From NCBI RefSeq assembly GCF_009914755.1, contig NC_060938.1: a stretch of 64,000 nucleotides of DNA; one strand, 5' to 3'. Origin of the DNA: the human T2T-CHM13v2.0 reference genome, Homo sapiens. The position numbers were made by a program, and so were the translations under genes. Below the pieces are notes generated by a model. The model ran no database searches and was not told where the DNA came from. It worked only from the letters and a program-made list of their open reading frames with translations. Each line of letters opens with the position of its first letter. Position 1 is the first letter of the stretch. This document shows, piece by piece, positions 1-12,453 of this stretch.

Positions 1-208
1 CAGTGTACCTGTCTTCCTGCTACTGTGACTGTTGGCTGCTTATGGCTTACAGTTGCACTCTTCTCCAGAGAATTGCCTTTGGCCCCTGGGAGCCACCTTG
101 CTCAGAAATGCTTGGGAAGTTAGGCCCTCCTACCCTGGGGGCAGCCTGCAGTCAATGCTGACTGATTGGAGGGACAGGGATACAAAAGCCTAAGCCCTTA
201 GCCAAGGT
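1..208 (+). mobile_element. ERVL LTR (LTR16-like), 5' part, split by an old L1 insertion
   Basis: GC-richer LTR-like sequence ending in cctaagcccttagccaaggt. It resumes at 2356 with cctaagccttttgcctcaaggtgggacaac. Confidence 0.6.
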
Positions 209-564
209 AACTTGAGAAAAGAACAAAATGTGATGAATCATTTTACCAGATTCTCGGCAGTAATACGAAACCTCATTTAAAACTGTGAGGTACTTTCCCA
301 GCTAGACAAATTGACTGACAAAGAAGAGACAGAAGACAGACCATTGTATACTTGGGAGTTTTTTATATGAGAAAGGGGATAAAATCATCAATAAATGATG
401 CTGAGGAACTTGGCCATTATATAGTACAAGATAAAATGAGATTGCTATATCACATCATTCACAAAAATACATTCCAGATAGCTTAAAGACCTAAATGTGA
501 TCAGCAAAGCTCTAAAACTTTCAACCAAAAAATGGGAGAATATTTTTATGCCTTTAGTAAAATA

Positions 565-789
565 TATTTTTAATTGACCAATAGAAATTGCATATATTTA
601 TATACTTATTGTGTACAACATTGTTTTGAAATACGTATACATTGTGGAATGGCTCATTTGAGCTAATTAACACATACATTACATCATGTACTTATCATTT
701 TTTGTGGTAAAAACAATCTAGTCAGTGATTTTCAAAATGTTATTAACTATACAACCATATTGTACAATAGCTCTCTTGAACTTACTCCT
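565..789 (-). mobile_element. L1MA 3' end fragment
   Basis: gtatacattgtggaatggct...cttatcattttttgtggt...tgtacaatagctctcttgaactta matches the reverse complement of an L1MA 3'UTR. Confidence 0.75.
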
Positions 790-1040
790 AAGATATAATT
801 CTTAGAGAAAGCACGAAAGGAAAAATTAATACATTCTGATACACTGAAACATAAAACTTCTGTATAAAAGGGGACAGAGATGAAAATAAAAGTCATAGAC
901 TGAGAAAAGACACTTGCAACTCATATTACCAATGAAATATTAATACGCAGAATATATAAAATGCTCTTAGAAATCAATAATATCAGATATAAATATTGTT
1001 AAAATATATAATGGTAAACTGACAGAGGAAGATAGATGGC

Positions 1041-1400
1041 TGATATGGTTTGGCTTTGTGTCCCCACCCAAATCTCACCTTGAATTCTAATAATCCCCAT
1101 GTGTCATGGGAGGGAGCCTGTGGGAGGTAATTGAATCATGGGGCGGGTTTTTCCCATGCTGTTCCCTTGATAGTGAATAAGTCTCATGAAATCTGATGAT
1201 TTTATAAACAGCAGTTCCCCTCACATGCTCTCTCTTGTCTGCTGCCATGTAAGACATGCCTTTCTCCTCATTCACCTTCTGCCATGATTGTGAGACCTCC
1301 CCAGCCATGTGGAACTATGAGTCCATTAAATTTCTTTTTCTTTATAAATTACTCAGGCTCAGGTGTGTCTTTATTAGCAGTGTGAAAATGAACTAATACA
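1041..1400 (+). mobile_element. THE1 (MaLR) solo LTR
   Basis: Termini tgatatggtttggct...gaactaataca. Perfect 5-bp TSD atggc at 1036-1040 and 1401-1405. Confidence 0.95.
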
Positions 1401-2355
1401 ATGGCCAATAAATATATGTAAAGATGTCCAACTTCTTTAGTACTTAGGAAATGTAAATTAAAACAAGGACAAAACATTTTATATTTACAAATTTATTAAG
1501 TTTGATAATATTCACTGTTGGTGATAATGCAAACAAAACAAGAACTCCAAGGCGTGGTTGCAGGGACGGAAAATAAGTATAAACACTTTGGAAAGCTATG
1601 TTGGAACTACCAAGTAAGGTTGACAATGCATATTCTCCATAGCCCAACAGTTCTTCTTCTGGGAGCTTCTCAGGGAGAAACTCTTGTTCAAGGAGACATA
1701 TACAAAGATGTATATTTTTGAGTTGTTAATTGTTACAAGGCTAAGAAAATCTTATTGTCAAACAGCAGGGGGATGAAAAAATACACTGTTGTTTGTTGGT
1801 CCAGCAGAATGCCTAAAATGAAAATGAATGAATTGGATTTGAATGTATCAACATAGCAAGTCTCAGAGATATAATGTTGTGGCTAAAAAAAAAAAAAGTT
1901 GAATATAGAGTATCAAACATTTAGGAAGTTTATCCAAAGGAAAGAAATAAACATATATGAGTATGATAATACTTATTTCAGAAAAAGGGTTACTTCTGAG
2001 TAGACAGGAATGAGGAAGAGATGGAAGGTGGGACTGTAACTGTATTTGTAATGTGTTGTTTCTTTGAAAATAATGACAATCTAAAGGGAATGTAGCAAAA
2101 TATTAGCACAGACAATCTCAGTGGTGAATATATTAATATCATGTGCCTTGAGTGTAAATATAACATAACTTTAAAAGACTACATATTAAGGCCATGATAT
2201 ATAAAAAATTTAAATGAACAATGAAAATAGTAAAGCTTATAAGTAATGCCTAAGTTATTTGTCTTAACATGGCTCTAAAACACCAGTTAAAGTCTTGATG
2301 GAGAAGATACTTGATGTGAGGAATTAATAAACAACACCTGGGTCTTTGAAAGACA

Positions 2356-2591
2356 CCTAAGCCTTTTGCCTCAAGGTGGGACAACCACGTGGTGATAATC
2401 ATACTCCAGAACTCCCTTGAGGTCAGGCTGGGGCTAGACTATAGCTGAAACCACATCTTGAGTTTCTTCCCCTGCCTTATCCTGTTCCCCTTACATCATT
2501 ATAATTTACTCAGGAGAGAAGTCTGTCAGTTAATCACCTGTATAGAGATTCCTGTTTCAAGCTGTATTTCTAGAGACCCTGATCTAAGATA
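2356..2591 (+). mobile_element. ERVL LTR (LTR16-like), 3' part
   Basis: cccctgccttatcctgttcccc...taatcacctgtatagagattcctgtttcaagctgtatttctagagaccctgatctaagata resembles the LTR16 3' end. Confidence 0.7.
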
Positions 2592-2599
2592 AAGTTTGA

Positions 2600-4500
2600 T
2601 TGACACAGCCTTAATTCTTGAAACAACATTTTCACTTGGTATATAATTCTAGGTTATAACTGTCTAATCTTGAAGTTGTTATTCTATTTACTTCTAGCCT
2701 CACTGCTGCTTTTGAGAAGTCAGGCATCAGTCTAATTGATATTACTTTGTTGCTGGTTTGCCTTTTTACTGTCTACTTTAAAAATAGTTTTATCTTTGGT
2801 ATTCTGCAGGTTCATTACAATATCTCTACATGTGTGTTTCTTTTTATTTACCCTTCTAGCATTTGTTTGGCTTCTGGAACCTGGGAATTTATGACTTTCA
2901 TAATTTGGGAAAATCCTTAGCCATTTACCCTTCAAATATTGTCTATTTCTATTACCTTATTTCCAAACTTCAATTATATTTATTACTATAGCCCCCTATC
3001 AATCACTTTGTTATCTTAGGCTATAATCTGTGTAATTTCTTCAGAGTTATTTTCCAATTATTAACTTTCTGTTCAATCATTTCAAATCTGTTCAAAAATA
3101 TTATTTACTATATTTTAAATTTCTAGACTTTTTAAAAAAACCTAATCATTTTTGTAGTGTCTTATTTGTATTTTTATTGATATATCATAATTGTACATGT
3201 TTTTTGGGATACATGTGATAATTTGACAGATGCGTACAATATGTAGTCAAATCAGAGTAATTGGGATATCCATCACCTCGAACATTTTTTTTTGTGTTGG
3301 GAACATTATAATTCTTCTTTTTTAGCTATTTTGAAATATATAATAAATTATTGTTAACTATAATTTCCATACTATACCATCAAATAATAGAACTTATTCC
3401 TTCTAACAATATTGTTGTACCCTTTAACCAACTCATCTTCATTCCCCTTCCCCACTTCCTTTCCCAGCCTCTTGTAATCATCATTCTGTTCTCTACCTCC
3501 ATGAGATTCAGTTTTTTAGCTTCCACATGTAAGTGAGAACATGTGATGTTTGTCTTTCTGTGACTGGCTCATTTCACTAACATAATGACCTCCCATTCCA
3601 TCCATGTTGCTGCAAATGACAGAATTTCATTCTTTTTTATGGCTGAATACTACTTCATTGTTATATATACCACATTAAAAAAATCTACTCATCTATTGGT
3701 GGACACTCAGGTTGATTCCATATTTTGGCTATTGTGAATAGTGCTACAATAACCATGGTAGTACAGATATCTCATTGACATACTGATTTCCTTTCTTTTG
3801 GACATATGCCCAGCAGTGGGATTGCTGGGTCATATGGCAGTTCTGTTTTTAGTTTTTTGAGGAAGCTCTGTATTGTTTTCCATAATGGCTGTATGTAGTA
3901 AATCATTTATTAAATGTAGTATTGACACTCTTATTTTAAGGGTATTTATTACATAACCATTATATTCTATATACAATAATTCTAATATCTACAGTATTTG
4001 AGAGTTTTACTCTTCTTTCAGTGGTTTCTGCTCACTCTTAGTATCTTATTTACTTTCGTATTTTATTTTTGTGAGCATATATATTTTTATACATTTTGCA
4101 GGGATTTTGTTGAAGCCTGGGATTTAGGGTAGGTTCCTTAATAGATGGTTTACATTTACTTCTGTTGGGAACATGGTGACACTCCCATTCCAGCATTAGT
4201 TTAAAGAAATTTCTCAGCTTCAAATTAATTGGATCATAGAGGTAGAGAAAATTCTGGCTCCAAACATATATGAAGAACAGATTGTTATGTATTCTAGAAG
4301 AACATTTTTTTCTTCAATTTGGGGTCAAGTCTTAGACATGCATTGTTTTTCCTGTTTTACTTTGGGAGGAAAGATTTTCTTTCTAGCTCGGATGTTCCTT
4401 GTAGGTGTAGTGTTTTTTTCTTTAGGGGGATCTGTGTACCTGAAATAGGAGGAGGTCTCCAATCTAACTTTCTCTTTCAATGGGCTCTAGGTTTTGTTTA
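2600..4500 (-). mobile_element. Ancient L1M/HAL1 ORF1-region relic, interrupted by L1MA
   Basis: Minus ORF 2732-2935 (IFPN...RRVNKKKHTCRDIVMNLQNTKDKTIFK) resembles the L1 ORF1p segment ENFPNL...TPRHIIVKL...KDKEKILK. Boundaries are approximate. Confidence 0.55.
3170..3895 (-). mobile_element. L1MA 3' end (ORF2 C-terminus plus 3'UTR)
   Basis: aaatcagagtaattgggatatccatcacc; ccatgttgctgcaaatgacagaatttcattcttttttatggctgaata; cagtgggattgctgggtcatatgg. Confidence 0.9.
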
Positions 4501-4511
4501 AAAATTGAGAT

Positions 4512-4703
4512 CAGAGCATCCAATTCAACTTTCTATATGATGGAAACGTTCTGTATTTGTGTTGTCCAACATGGTATCCATCAGCCACTGTGATTATTGA
4601 ACACTTGAAGTGTGGCTTATGTAATTGAGAAATTAAATTTATAATTTTTTAAAAAATTTAAATAGTCGCAGGTGGCAAGTGGCTACTGTATCGAACAGTG
4701 CAG
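4512..4703. mobile_element. MER3 (hAT-Charlie non-autonomous DNA transposon)
   Basis: aactttctatatgatggaaacgttctgtat...gtggcaagtggctactgtatcgaacagtgcag, with the internal palindromic structure of MER3. Confidence 0.85.
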
Positions 4704-4949
4704 CTCTGGACTATCAGCGATCAGCCATTGTCCCAGGACAGGCATCGTTTTCAGTATTCTCTTACCTTTTGAGATTAATGTTTTTGCTTTAACTTTTTGG
4801 TTTCTACGATTTTTTTAAAAACTTCTCAATTAAACAATTAAAGTATCTAAAAATGCATTTTTAAAGCAATTTTAGCTGTTCTCCACTGGGAAAGTTTTTT
4901 TTTCAAGGTATGTAGTTTGCTGTGTTGCTGGGAATAGAAGTTGTAGATG

Positions 4950-5345
4950 ATATATAAGCAGATTCTTGAATGTGATGAGGAAGTGATTCATGCAAAAATG
5001 AGATATAGTGGAGAAAAAAACCGCAAGGTCCCTGGGGGAAGGAATATCTTTGAATATTTAAGAACTATCAATACTGCAAGTGTAACTAGTGTGGAGTAGC
5101 AAGGGGGAAAGAATAGTAGACGATAATGTCAGAGAGGCAGGCTAGAGATAGGTCTTTTTACAGTCTTATAGAGCATGGAAAGCATTTTGGATTTTTACTT
5201 CAACTATGGTGGGAAACCATTAATAGTTTGAGTGGGGGTTAGTGGCGTGATGTGATTTATGTTTTCCAAAGATTACTAGGATAGTTCCATGGAATATAGG
5301 TAGCAAGATCAGTTGGGTTTTGGAGTAGTTTAAGTGGGAGATGAT
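4950..5345 (-). mobile_element. L2 fragment
   Basis: Purine-rich L2 reverse-strand motifs: ttggatttttacttc...tgggaaaccatt...tgatttatgtttt...aagattact. Confidence 0.7.
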
Positions 5346-6119
5346 CAACACTATATGGATTGTCTCTGTTCTTAAAACACACAAAGAGCACCACATACCA
5401 TGGCACATTGATATCAATAGCATGCCTTTTACTACCAACATTGTTCATGCCACAATGCCCTCATCTGTACACCTGCTCCAAGGCAGGCCACTTGGAAGAT
5501 GAATTCATGCAATGACGGATTTTAATGCCATAATTTTACTAATGCAAACTCTGCTTCCATTAATTATTTTCAACAAGTATATTTTAGTAAATTCCAAAGT
5601 CTTCTTGTTTAAGGTAATTTCTCATTCAGTTCCACAAATTACCTGGAATATATCATTGAATTAAATAGAATATCTGAGAGGAAAGGCTGTTTATGGGCAG
5701 GGCATCGTTTATTGAACATAAGTGCCATTATTCATCATTATGCTCATTACAGTACAAAGGATTTATCTGCTTTTGACATCTGGCCTTTTAAAGTAACCCA
5801 ATTTTGGCCGCATGTGAAAGGTGAAGAAGAAGTACAGTCCATTTCTCTAATGACAGAGCTGTAGAAGCTAATGGCAGCATAAGCCATTCTAGACAACTAG
5901 GAACAACTTGAGTAGTACTTTTAATTACTTTTAGAGGAAAACCTGAAAACGTATCAAGAAAGAAAAATGGAAGTTTACTTTATAATGAAAAAGCTTTTAC
6001 TTCTTGTTATTACTACCATGGATAGGGGAGAGAAAAAAGGAAGCATATCTTAATATGAATGGAATTTAGTTTGTATGTGTGTGTGCATGTGTGTGTTTTC
6101 ATGGTTAATTTACCCTAAA

Positions 6120-6262
6120 GAGCCCCTGAGTAGTGGAAAACTTGTAGGAGTAAGAACACGAGGAATAAGAAGTTGAAGTCAAGTATGAGTTCCCATTCTG
6201 GCTGAATAATTTGTTGAGTGGCCTTAGGCAAGTCAGTTTTCCTCTTTGGCTTCATGTTCTAA
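6120..6262 (+). mobile_element. MIR fragment
   Basis: gagttcccattctggct...gtggccttaggcaagtcagttttcctctttggcttcatgttc matches the MIR core. Confidence 0.65.
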
Positions 6263-6632
6263 TATTCCACAGTTTTGCAGCCTCTTTTCCCTTAAAGAAG
6301 GTTGTCAATTACTACTGGAGAAGTGTCTCTCTTGTAAATAACTGCTTGACAGCTGTGATGTCTGCCTCTGCACCTGTGAACCACAGAGGCACTGACTTCA
6401 AAATTTTCTGTCTGCTGCTCATGCTGTATGTGTCATAAGCTTTAGTAATAACTTTGGATAATGAAGGTGGTGCTGATAATGAAATTGAAAATGCACAAAC
6501 TTGTTATTTGCTGTATTTTAAATCTCTTTTATTAGGAAGTCTTTTAAAAAGTCTTAAGAGATATTGCTACTGTGAGCATAACCTACTTACAATACCCAAT
6601 CAATGTCTTTTGCCCCAATTTTTATTAGTAGT

Positions 6633-7128
6633 TGTATTAGTCAGGGTTCTCTAGAGGGACAGATATATATATATGTGTGTGTGTGTGTATATATATATGT
6701 GTGTGTGTGTGTGTATATGTGTGTGTGTATATATATATATATTTATGTATTAAGTATTAACTCACATGATCATAAGGTCCCACAATAGGCTGTCTGCAAG
6801 CTGAGGAGCAAGGATAGTGAGTCCCAGTCCCAAAACTGAAGAACTTGGAGTCTGATGTTCAAGGGCAGGGAGCATCCAGCATGGGAGAAAGATGTAGGCT
6901 CAGAGGCTAGGCCAGTCTAATGTTTTCATGTTTTTCTGCCTACTTTATCTTCTAGCTGTGCTGGCAGCTGATTAGATGGTGCCCACCTAGATTACGGCTG
7001 GGTCTACCTTTCCCAGCCCACTGACTCAAATGTTAATCTCCTTTGGCAACACCCTCACAGACACACCCAGGAACAATACTTTGCATCCTTCAATCCAATC
7101 AAGTTGACACTCAGTATTAACCATCACA
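6633..7128 (-). mobile_element. MLT2A (HERV-L) solo LTR
   Basis: tgtattagtcagggttctctagagggacag...caatccaatcaagttgacactcagtattaaccatcaca. TSD gtagt (6628-6632) / gtggt (7129-7133). Confidence 0.93.
6663..6741. repeat. Compound (TA)n(TG)n microsatellite inside MLT2A
   Basis: Alternating atatat and gtgtgt blocks. Confidence 0.95.
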
Positions 7129-7462
7129 GTGGTAGACTCCCTGCAGAGCACTGTCTCTGTAAAGAAAGGACAGGATGAGGATTAACCATTAGACATTTAA
7201 TTTTGGTGGTGTTTTAAATTTTCTATTTATACTTTAGAAGTAAGTTTGTAACATTGCTTATCTAGGATTAATAAGAGGTAAGAGTAAGAAGATATGATTA
7301 TGAGGAGGCATGGGTAAGAGAGAGGGTAGCCAGTTTCAGGGTTCAGGTGGGGATGGTTGGAAGAAGAATAAGAGTAAGAATGGAAGTATGAGGAAGGGAG
7401 ATAGGGCAGGATTTATTCTATTTACCCAGTAATTATGCTTATAATACAGGCCCCTTATCAAC

Positions 7463-8910
7463 TCATTCATTTATTTATTCAACAAATACTTGTTAATTGA
7501 TGTTATGCTAGGTGCCAGGGAATAAAATGCAAATAAGATATCATCAAATAGTGAAGAGAGTTCTTCATAGGCTTACAGAAGAGATACAAAACAAAATTAT
7601 TTGGGAGTCTAGAGAGAAAAGAAAGTTCTTTATTATTCTTCAGTAGGTCAGGAAAGAGATATTGAATGGGTAGAAGTTTTTCATTTGACAACAAATACTT
7701 AATGAGCACCTATTATGTGGCAGGCTTTATTCTTGCTATTGAGAATATAGCATCAAACAACACAAAGTCCTTATTCTTGAGGAGCTTTCATTCTGGAAGG
7801 GGAAGACAAGAAAGTTACATGCAGTGTTTCTTTTTTCTTTGTAAGTGTTATAGAAAAAAAAGCAGAATAACAAGGTAGAAAATGGATGGTGCTATTTTAT
7901 TAGGGTGGATAAGGATGGCTTCACAAAGAAGATAACATTTGAGCAGAAACACAAAGGGAGGAAGGAGGCCATGCAGATATCTAGGGTGTGAACGCTGCAG
8001 GTAGAGGCAACAACAAGCACAAAGGCCCTGAAATGGGAGCAGCTTGACATATTTTAGGTACGACAACGAGGCCAGTGTGGCTGGAACACAGAATGCAAGG
8101 GAAGAACAATAGAATATGAGATCGTAGAGATATCAAGGGGACCATATTCTGGAGGGTCTTGCAGCTTATGTAAGAACTTTAGATTATACTCTGAATGAGA
8201 TGGGCAATACTGGAAAGTTTTGAGTAGATGATGATTATGGTGCTGGGTATAATTAACAGATTATGTGTGCATTGGAGAAGGGGGCAAATAAGGAAGGAAG
8301 CTGGGAGGCTCTCACAACAATCCAGTTGCAGGGTGATGATGGCTCATATCTGAGTGGTAGGAATAGCATAATGAGAAATGGTTGGATTCTGTGTGTATTT
8401 TAAATGTGGAGCCCAGGAGATTTGCTATTGGATTGGATATATTCTGTGAGAAAAAGAGAGGAGTCAAGGATAACTCCAAGGTTTCTCACATGGAGATGGA
8501 GCAACTATAAGATAGATATGTGATCTTACATAACATGGAGCAACTAACATGGTGAAGGCTGCAAAAGGAGCAGGTATGGTGGGGGAAGTATGGGGAATTA
8601 ATACTTATATCTTAATATGTGGAATTTTAGATGTTTATTGGTGAGACATGCAAGTGGAGATGATGAGTAGATTATTGGCCATATGAACCTAGAGTTCAGA
8701 GGAAGAATCAGAAATGCATTTGAGAATTATCTACGTATTGATAGCAATAAAGTCCTGGGACTGGATGAGATTTCCTAAGGAGTGAGTGAAGTAGAGAAGA
8801 GGCTTAAGTGTGAACCCTGGATCACTCTGATATTTAACATCTGGGGTGGTGAGGAAGAAATGGTAAAGGAGAGAACAGGAAGAAGTGGCTGCTAAATTAG
8901 AAAAACCAAG
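7463..8910 (-). mobile_element. L2 elements (two 3' ends, at about 7463 and 7680)
   Basis: cattcatttatttattcaacaaatactt; caacaaatacttaatgagcacctattatgtggcagg; gaggccagtgtggctggaaca; gagaggagtcaaggataactccaaggttt. Confidence 0.9.
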
Positions 8911-10235
8911 GTAATTCAAATGGAGAAAAGGACAGTTTTTCTGATAAATGGTGCTAGACAAACTGAATATCCATGTGGGGGAAAAAATGAATCTTAGCCC
9001 TTAACTCACTCTATATACAAAATTAACTCAAAATAGACCTAAGCATCAGATCTGAAATGAGATAAAGCTTCTAGAGGAAAACAGAAGAATATGTCCTTGG
9101 TATAGGCAAAGATTTCTTGGAACACAAAGTTGTAAAAGAAAATAAATTGGACTTCAAAATTTCAAAACTTCTACTCTTCAAATACACTGTTAAGAAAATG
9201 AAAAGGCAAACTAAAAACTGTCAAATTATTTGCTGTACATATAACATTTCTTTATGTATTTTGGATATAAAACCTTTGTCAGTTATAACTCAATAAGAGA
9301 CAGACAACTCACTAAAAAATTTGGCAAAATTTTAGACAGTTCACAAAAGAAGATATGTGAATGACCAAGAAACATACGAAAAGATGTTCAACATCATTAA
9401 TCATTAAGGATATGCAAATTAAACTACCACTACATACCCACTAGAATGGCTAAAATTTAAAAGATTGACATAACCAAGTATTGGTGAGAATATGGAATTC
9501 TTATACATTACTTATGGGAATGTAAAATTATATAACTACTTTGAAAAACAATTTGGCAGTTTAGTATAAACATCCCCTTTCTGTACAGTCTGGCAAATCC
9601 ACTTGTAGATATTTACCCAAAAGAAATGCATATATGTGGCCGGGCGCGGGTGGCTCGCGGCTGTAATCCTAGCACTTTGGGAGGCCGAGGCAGGCGGATC
9701 ACGAGGAGTTCAAAACCATCCTGGCTAACACGGTGAAACCCCGTCTCTACTAAAAATACAAAAAATTAGCTGGGCGTGGTGGCAGGTGCCTGTAGTCCCA
9801 GCTACTCAGGAGGCTGAGGCAGGAGAATGGCGTGAACCCAGGAGGCGGAGCTTGCACTGAGCCGAGATCGCGCCACCGCACTGCAGCCTGGGCGACAGAG
9901 CGAGACTCCATCTCAAAAATAAAAAAAAAAAAAAAAAAAAGAAATGCATATATGTCCATACAAAGACTGCACATGGATGAACATAGAATCTTTATTAATA
10001 AGAGCCTTGAACTGAAAACAATTGAAGGTAATTGTGGAATATCCATGCAATGTAATACTGAGCAATTAAATAAGACCAAACTGCTGATATGTGAAAGAAC
10101 ACGGATAAGCTCCAAAAACATGTTGAAAGAACAAAGCCAGATGTAAAACAGCATATAGTGCACAACTGCATTTCTGGAAAATTGTAATACAGACTAAAAT
10201 AATCTATAATAACAGAAAATAATAACTGGGCTCCA
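8911..10235 (+). mobile_element. Old L1M (L1MB/ME-like) ORF2 3' part and 3'UTR
   Basis: aaatggtgctagacaaactgaatatcc; aaaagatgttcaacatcattaatcattaagg; cccactagaatggctaaaatt. Confidence 0.85.
9638..9940 (+). mobile_element. AluY, full length
   Basis: ggccgggcgcgg start. AluY diagnostics accatcctggctaacacgg and gagaatggcgtgaacc. A-tail. TSD (aaaa)gaaatgcatatatgt at 9619-9637 and 9937-9955. Confidence 0.97.
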
Positions 10236-12274
10236 GTTTTAAAATACATACAGAATCCATGTGTGTCTCATTATACTGTTTTACCACCCAGATCTGAGCC
10301 ACCATCACCCTGCAACTGGATGATTATGAGAGCCTCCCAGCTTCCTCCATTATTCGCTACCCCCCCAATACACACACACAACATGTGTATCTATGAATAT
10401 AGATTCTACATGCAATTATGGTCCTTAGTTTAGAACATACACAAAAATCAATTTTATGTGGGTTAAAAATTAATAGGCTATATTTTAGAGCTAAAACTTA
10501 AAACTATAGAAAAACTGAATGGATTATGAAGTGTTCCTATATATCCCCCCTTCCCCACAGTTTCCCCTGGTTTCAGCGTCTTGCATTAGTGTGGTATATT
10601 TGTTACAATTAATAAACCAATATTGATAGATTATTATTAACTAAAGTCCATAGTTTACATTAGGGTTCTCTTTGTGCTGTATAGTTCTGTGGGTTTTGAC
10701 AAATGCATAATATCAGGTATCCACCATTACAATACCATACAGAATAATTTCACTGTCCTAAAAGTCCCCTGTGCTTCACCTATCCATCCCTTCCATCACC
10801 CTCCAAGAATCCATGCAACCATGGACCTTTTTATTCCCTCTATTGTTTTACGTTTTCTAAGATGTCATGTAGTTGGAATGACAGAGTATGTAAACTTTTC
10901 AGACTGGAATCTTTCACTTTGCAATATGCATTTGTTTCCTCTGTATCTTTTAATGGCTTGGTAGCACATTTCTTTTTAGTGCTAAATAATGTTCCATTGT
11001 ATGGATGTATCACAGTTTGAATTATTCATTTATCTATTGAGGGACATCTTAGTTGCTTTCCATTTGGGGCAATTATGAATAAAGCTGTTATCAACATTGT
11101 GTGCAGGTTTTTGTGTGGCCATAATACCAAAACACATTCTAATTCATCTGGGTTAAATACTTAAGAGCATATTGGTATTTGTATTAAGTCCGTGTTTACC
11201 TTCGTCAGAAACTGCCAGATTGTGTTCTAAAGCAGCTGTGCCATTTTGCACTTTCCATCCATAATAGATGCAAGGTCCTGTTGGTCCACATTCTTGCCAG
11301 CCTTTGATATTGTCAGGTTTTTTGTTTTAGTCGTTCTAATCCATGTGCAGTAGTACCTCAATTTTCAATTCCCTAATGACATGTGATGCTGAACATATTT
11401 TCATATGATCATTTGCCACATGTATATCTTCTTTGATGAAGTGTCTGTTCAGATAGTTCATCCATTTTTTAATTGGGTTATCTTTTTGTGGCTCGTCTTT
11501 TCATTCTCTTAAGAGTTTTTTAGAGCAGAAAATTTTCATTTTAATGAAGTCCAACTTGATTTCTTTTATGGATTGTACCTTTGATGTTCTAAAAACTCAT
11601 TATCAAACCTTGGATCATTTAGATTTTCTTCCTGTGTTATCTTCTAGAAGTTAACATTTTGAATTTTAAATTTAGGTCTATGATTCATTTTGAGTTGATT
11701 TTCGTGAAAGGTGTAAGGTCTGTGTCTCGACTTTTTTGAGGGGGGAATACAAATGTCCAGTTTTTGTAGTACCATTTGTTGAAAAGACTATCTTTTCTCC
11801 ACTGGATTGCCTCTACTCCTGTCAGAGGTCAGTTGACTGTATTTGTGTGAGTCTATTTCTGGACTCTTTATTTTGTTCATAAGTGTAAATCAATTTGTCT
11901 ATTTTTTAAATTAATACCACATCATCTTGATAATTGTAGTTTTAAAATAAGTCTGAAATAAGGTAGTGTCAGTTTTCAGATTGTTTTTATTCTTTGATAT
12001 TGTATTGGCTCTTCTGAGTGTTTTGTTTTTCCATATAAACTTTAGAATCAATTTGTTGATATTCACAAAACAGCTTGCTAGGAATTTGATTTGGATTGCA
12101 TTGAATCTATAGATCAAGTTGGGGATAACTGACATCTTGACAATATTGATTTTTTTTAATGCCTGAACATGAAATATCTTTCCCTTTATTTAGATTTTCT
12201 TTGATATTTTTCAGTCTTACAGTTTTCCTCATATATATTTTGTCAGATATATAGATATATATATCTATAAATAT

Positions 12275-12453
12275 CCCAGGTAGCTGGGATTACAGGCACA
12301 TGCCACCACGCCCAGCTAATTTTTGTATTTTTAGTAGAGACGGGGTTTCACCATGTTGGCCAGGCTGGTCTTGAACTCCTAACATCAGGTGGTCTGCCTG
12401 CCTCAGGCTCCCAAAGTGCTGGGATTACAGGCGTGAGCCACTGTCCCTGGCCA
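12275..12453 (-). mobile_element. AluS fragment (left arm, linker, short piece of right arm)
   Basis: gtagctgggattacaggcacatgccaccacgcccagctaatttttg...gtgagccactgtccctggcc. No A-tail. Confidence 0.93.

Larger units (their letters stand above)
209..2355 (+). mobile_element. Ancient L1M (L1ME-like) ORF2 3' region and 3'UTR with nested insertions
   Basis: Degenerate L1 motifs: aataaatgatgctgagg, taaagacctaaatgtga, and gatggc|caataaatatatgtaaagatg (ORF2 MANKHMKRC region, split by THE1). Confidence 0.7.

Noticed and set aside
9750-10163. 137-aa ORF (and similar ORFs at 23414, 24586, 52029)
   Set aside because: These are translations of Alu sequence (MESRSVAQA..., SWDYR), not genes.
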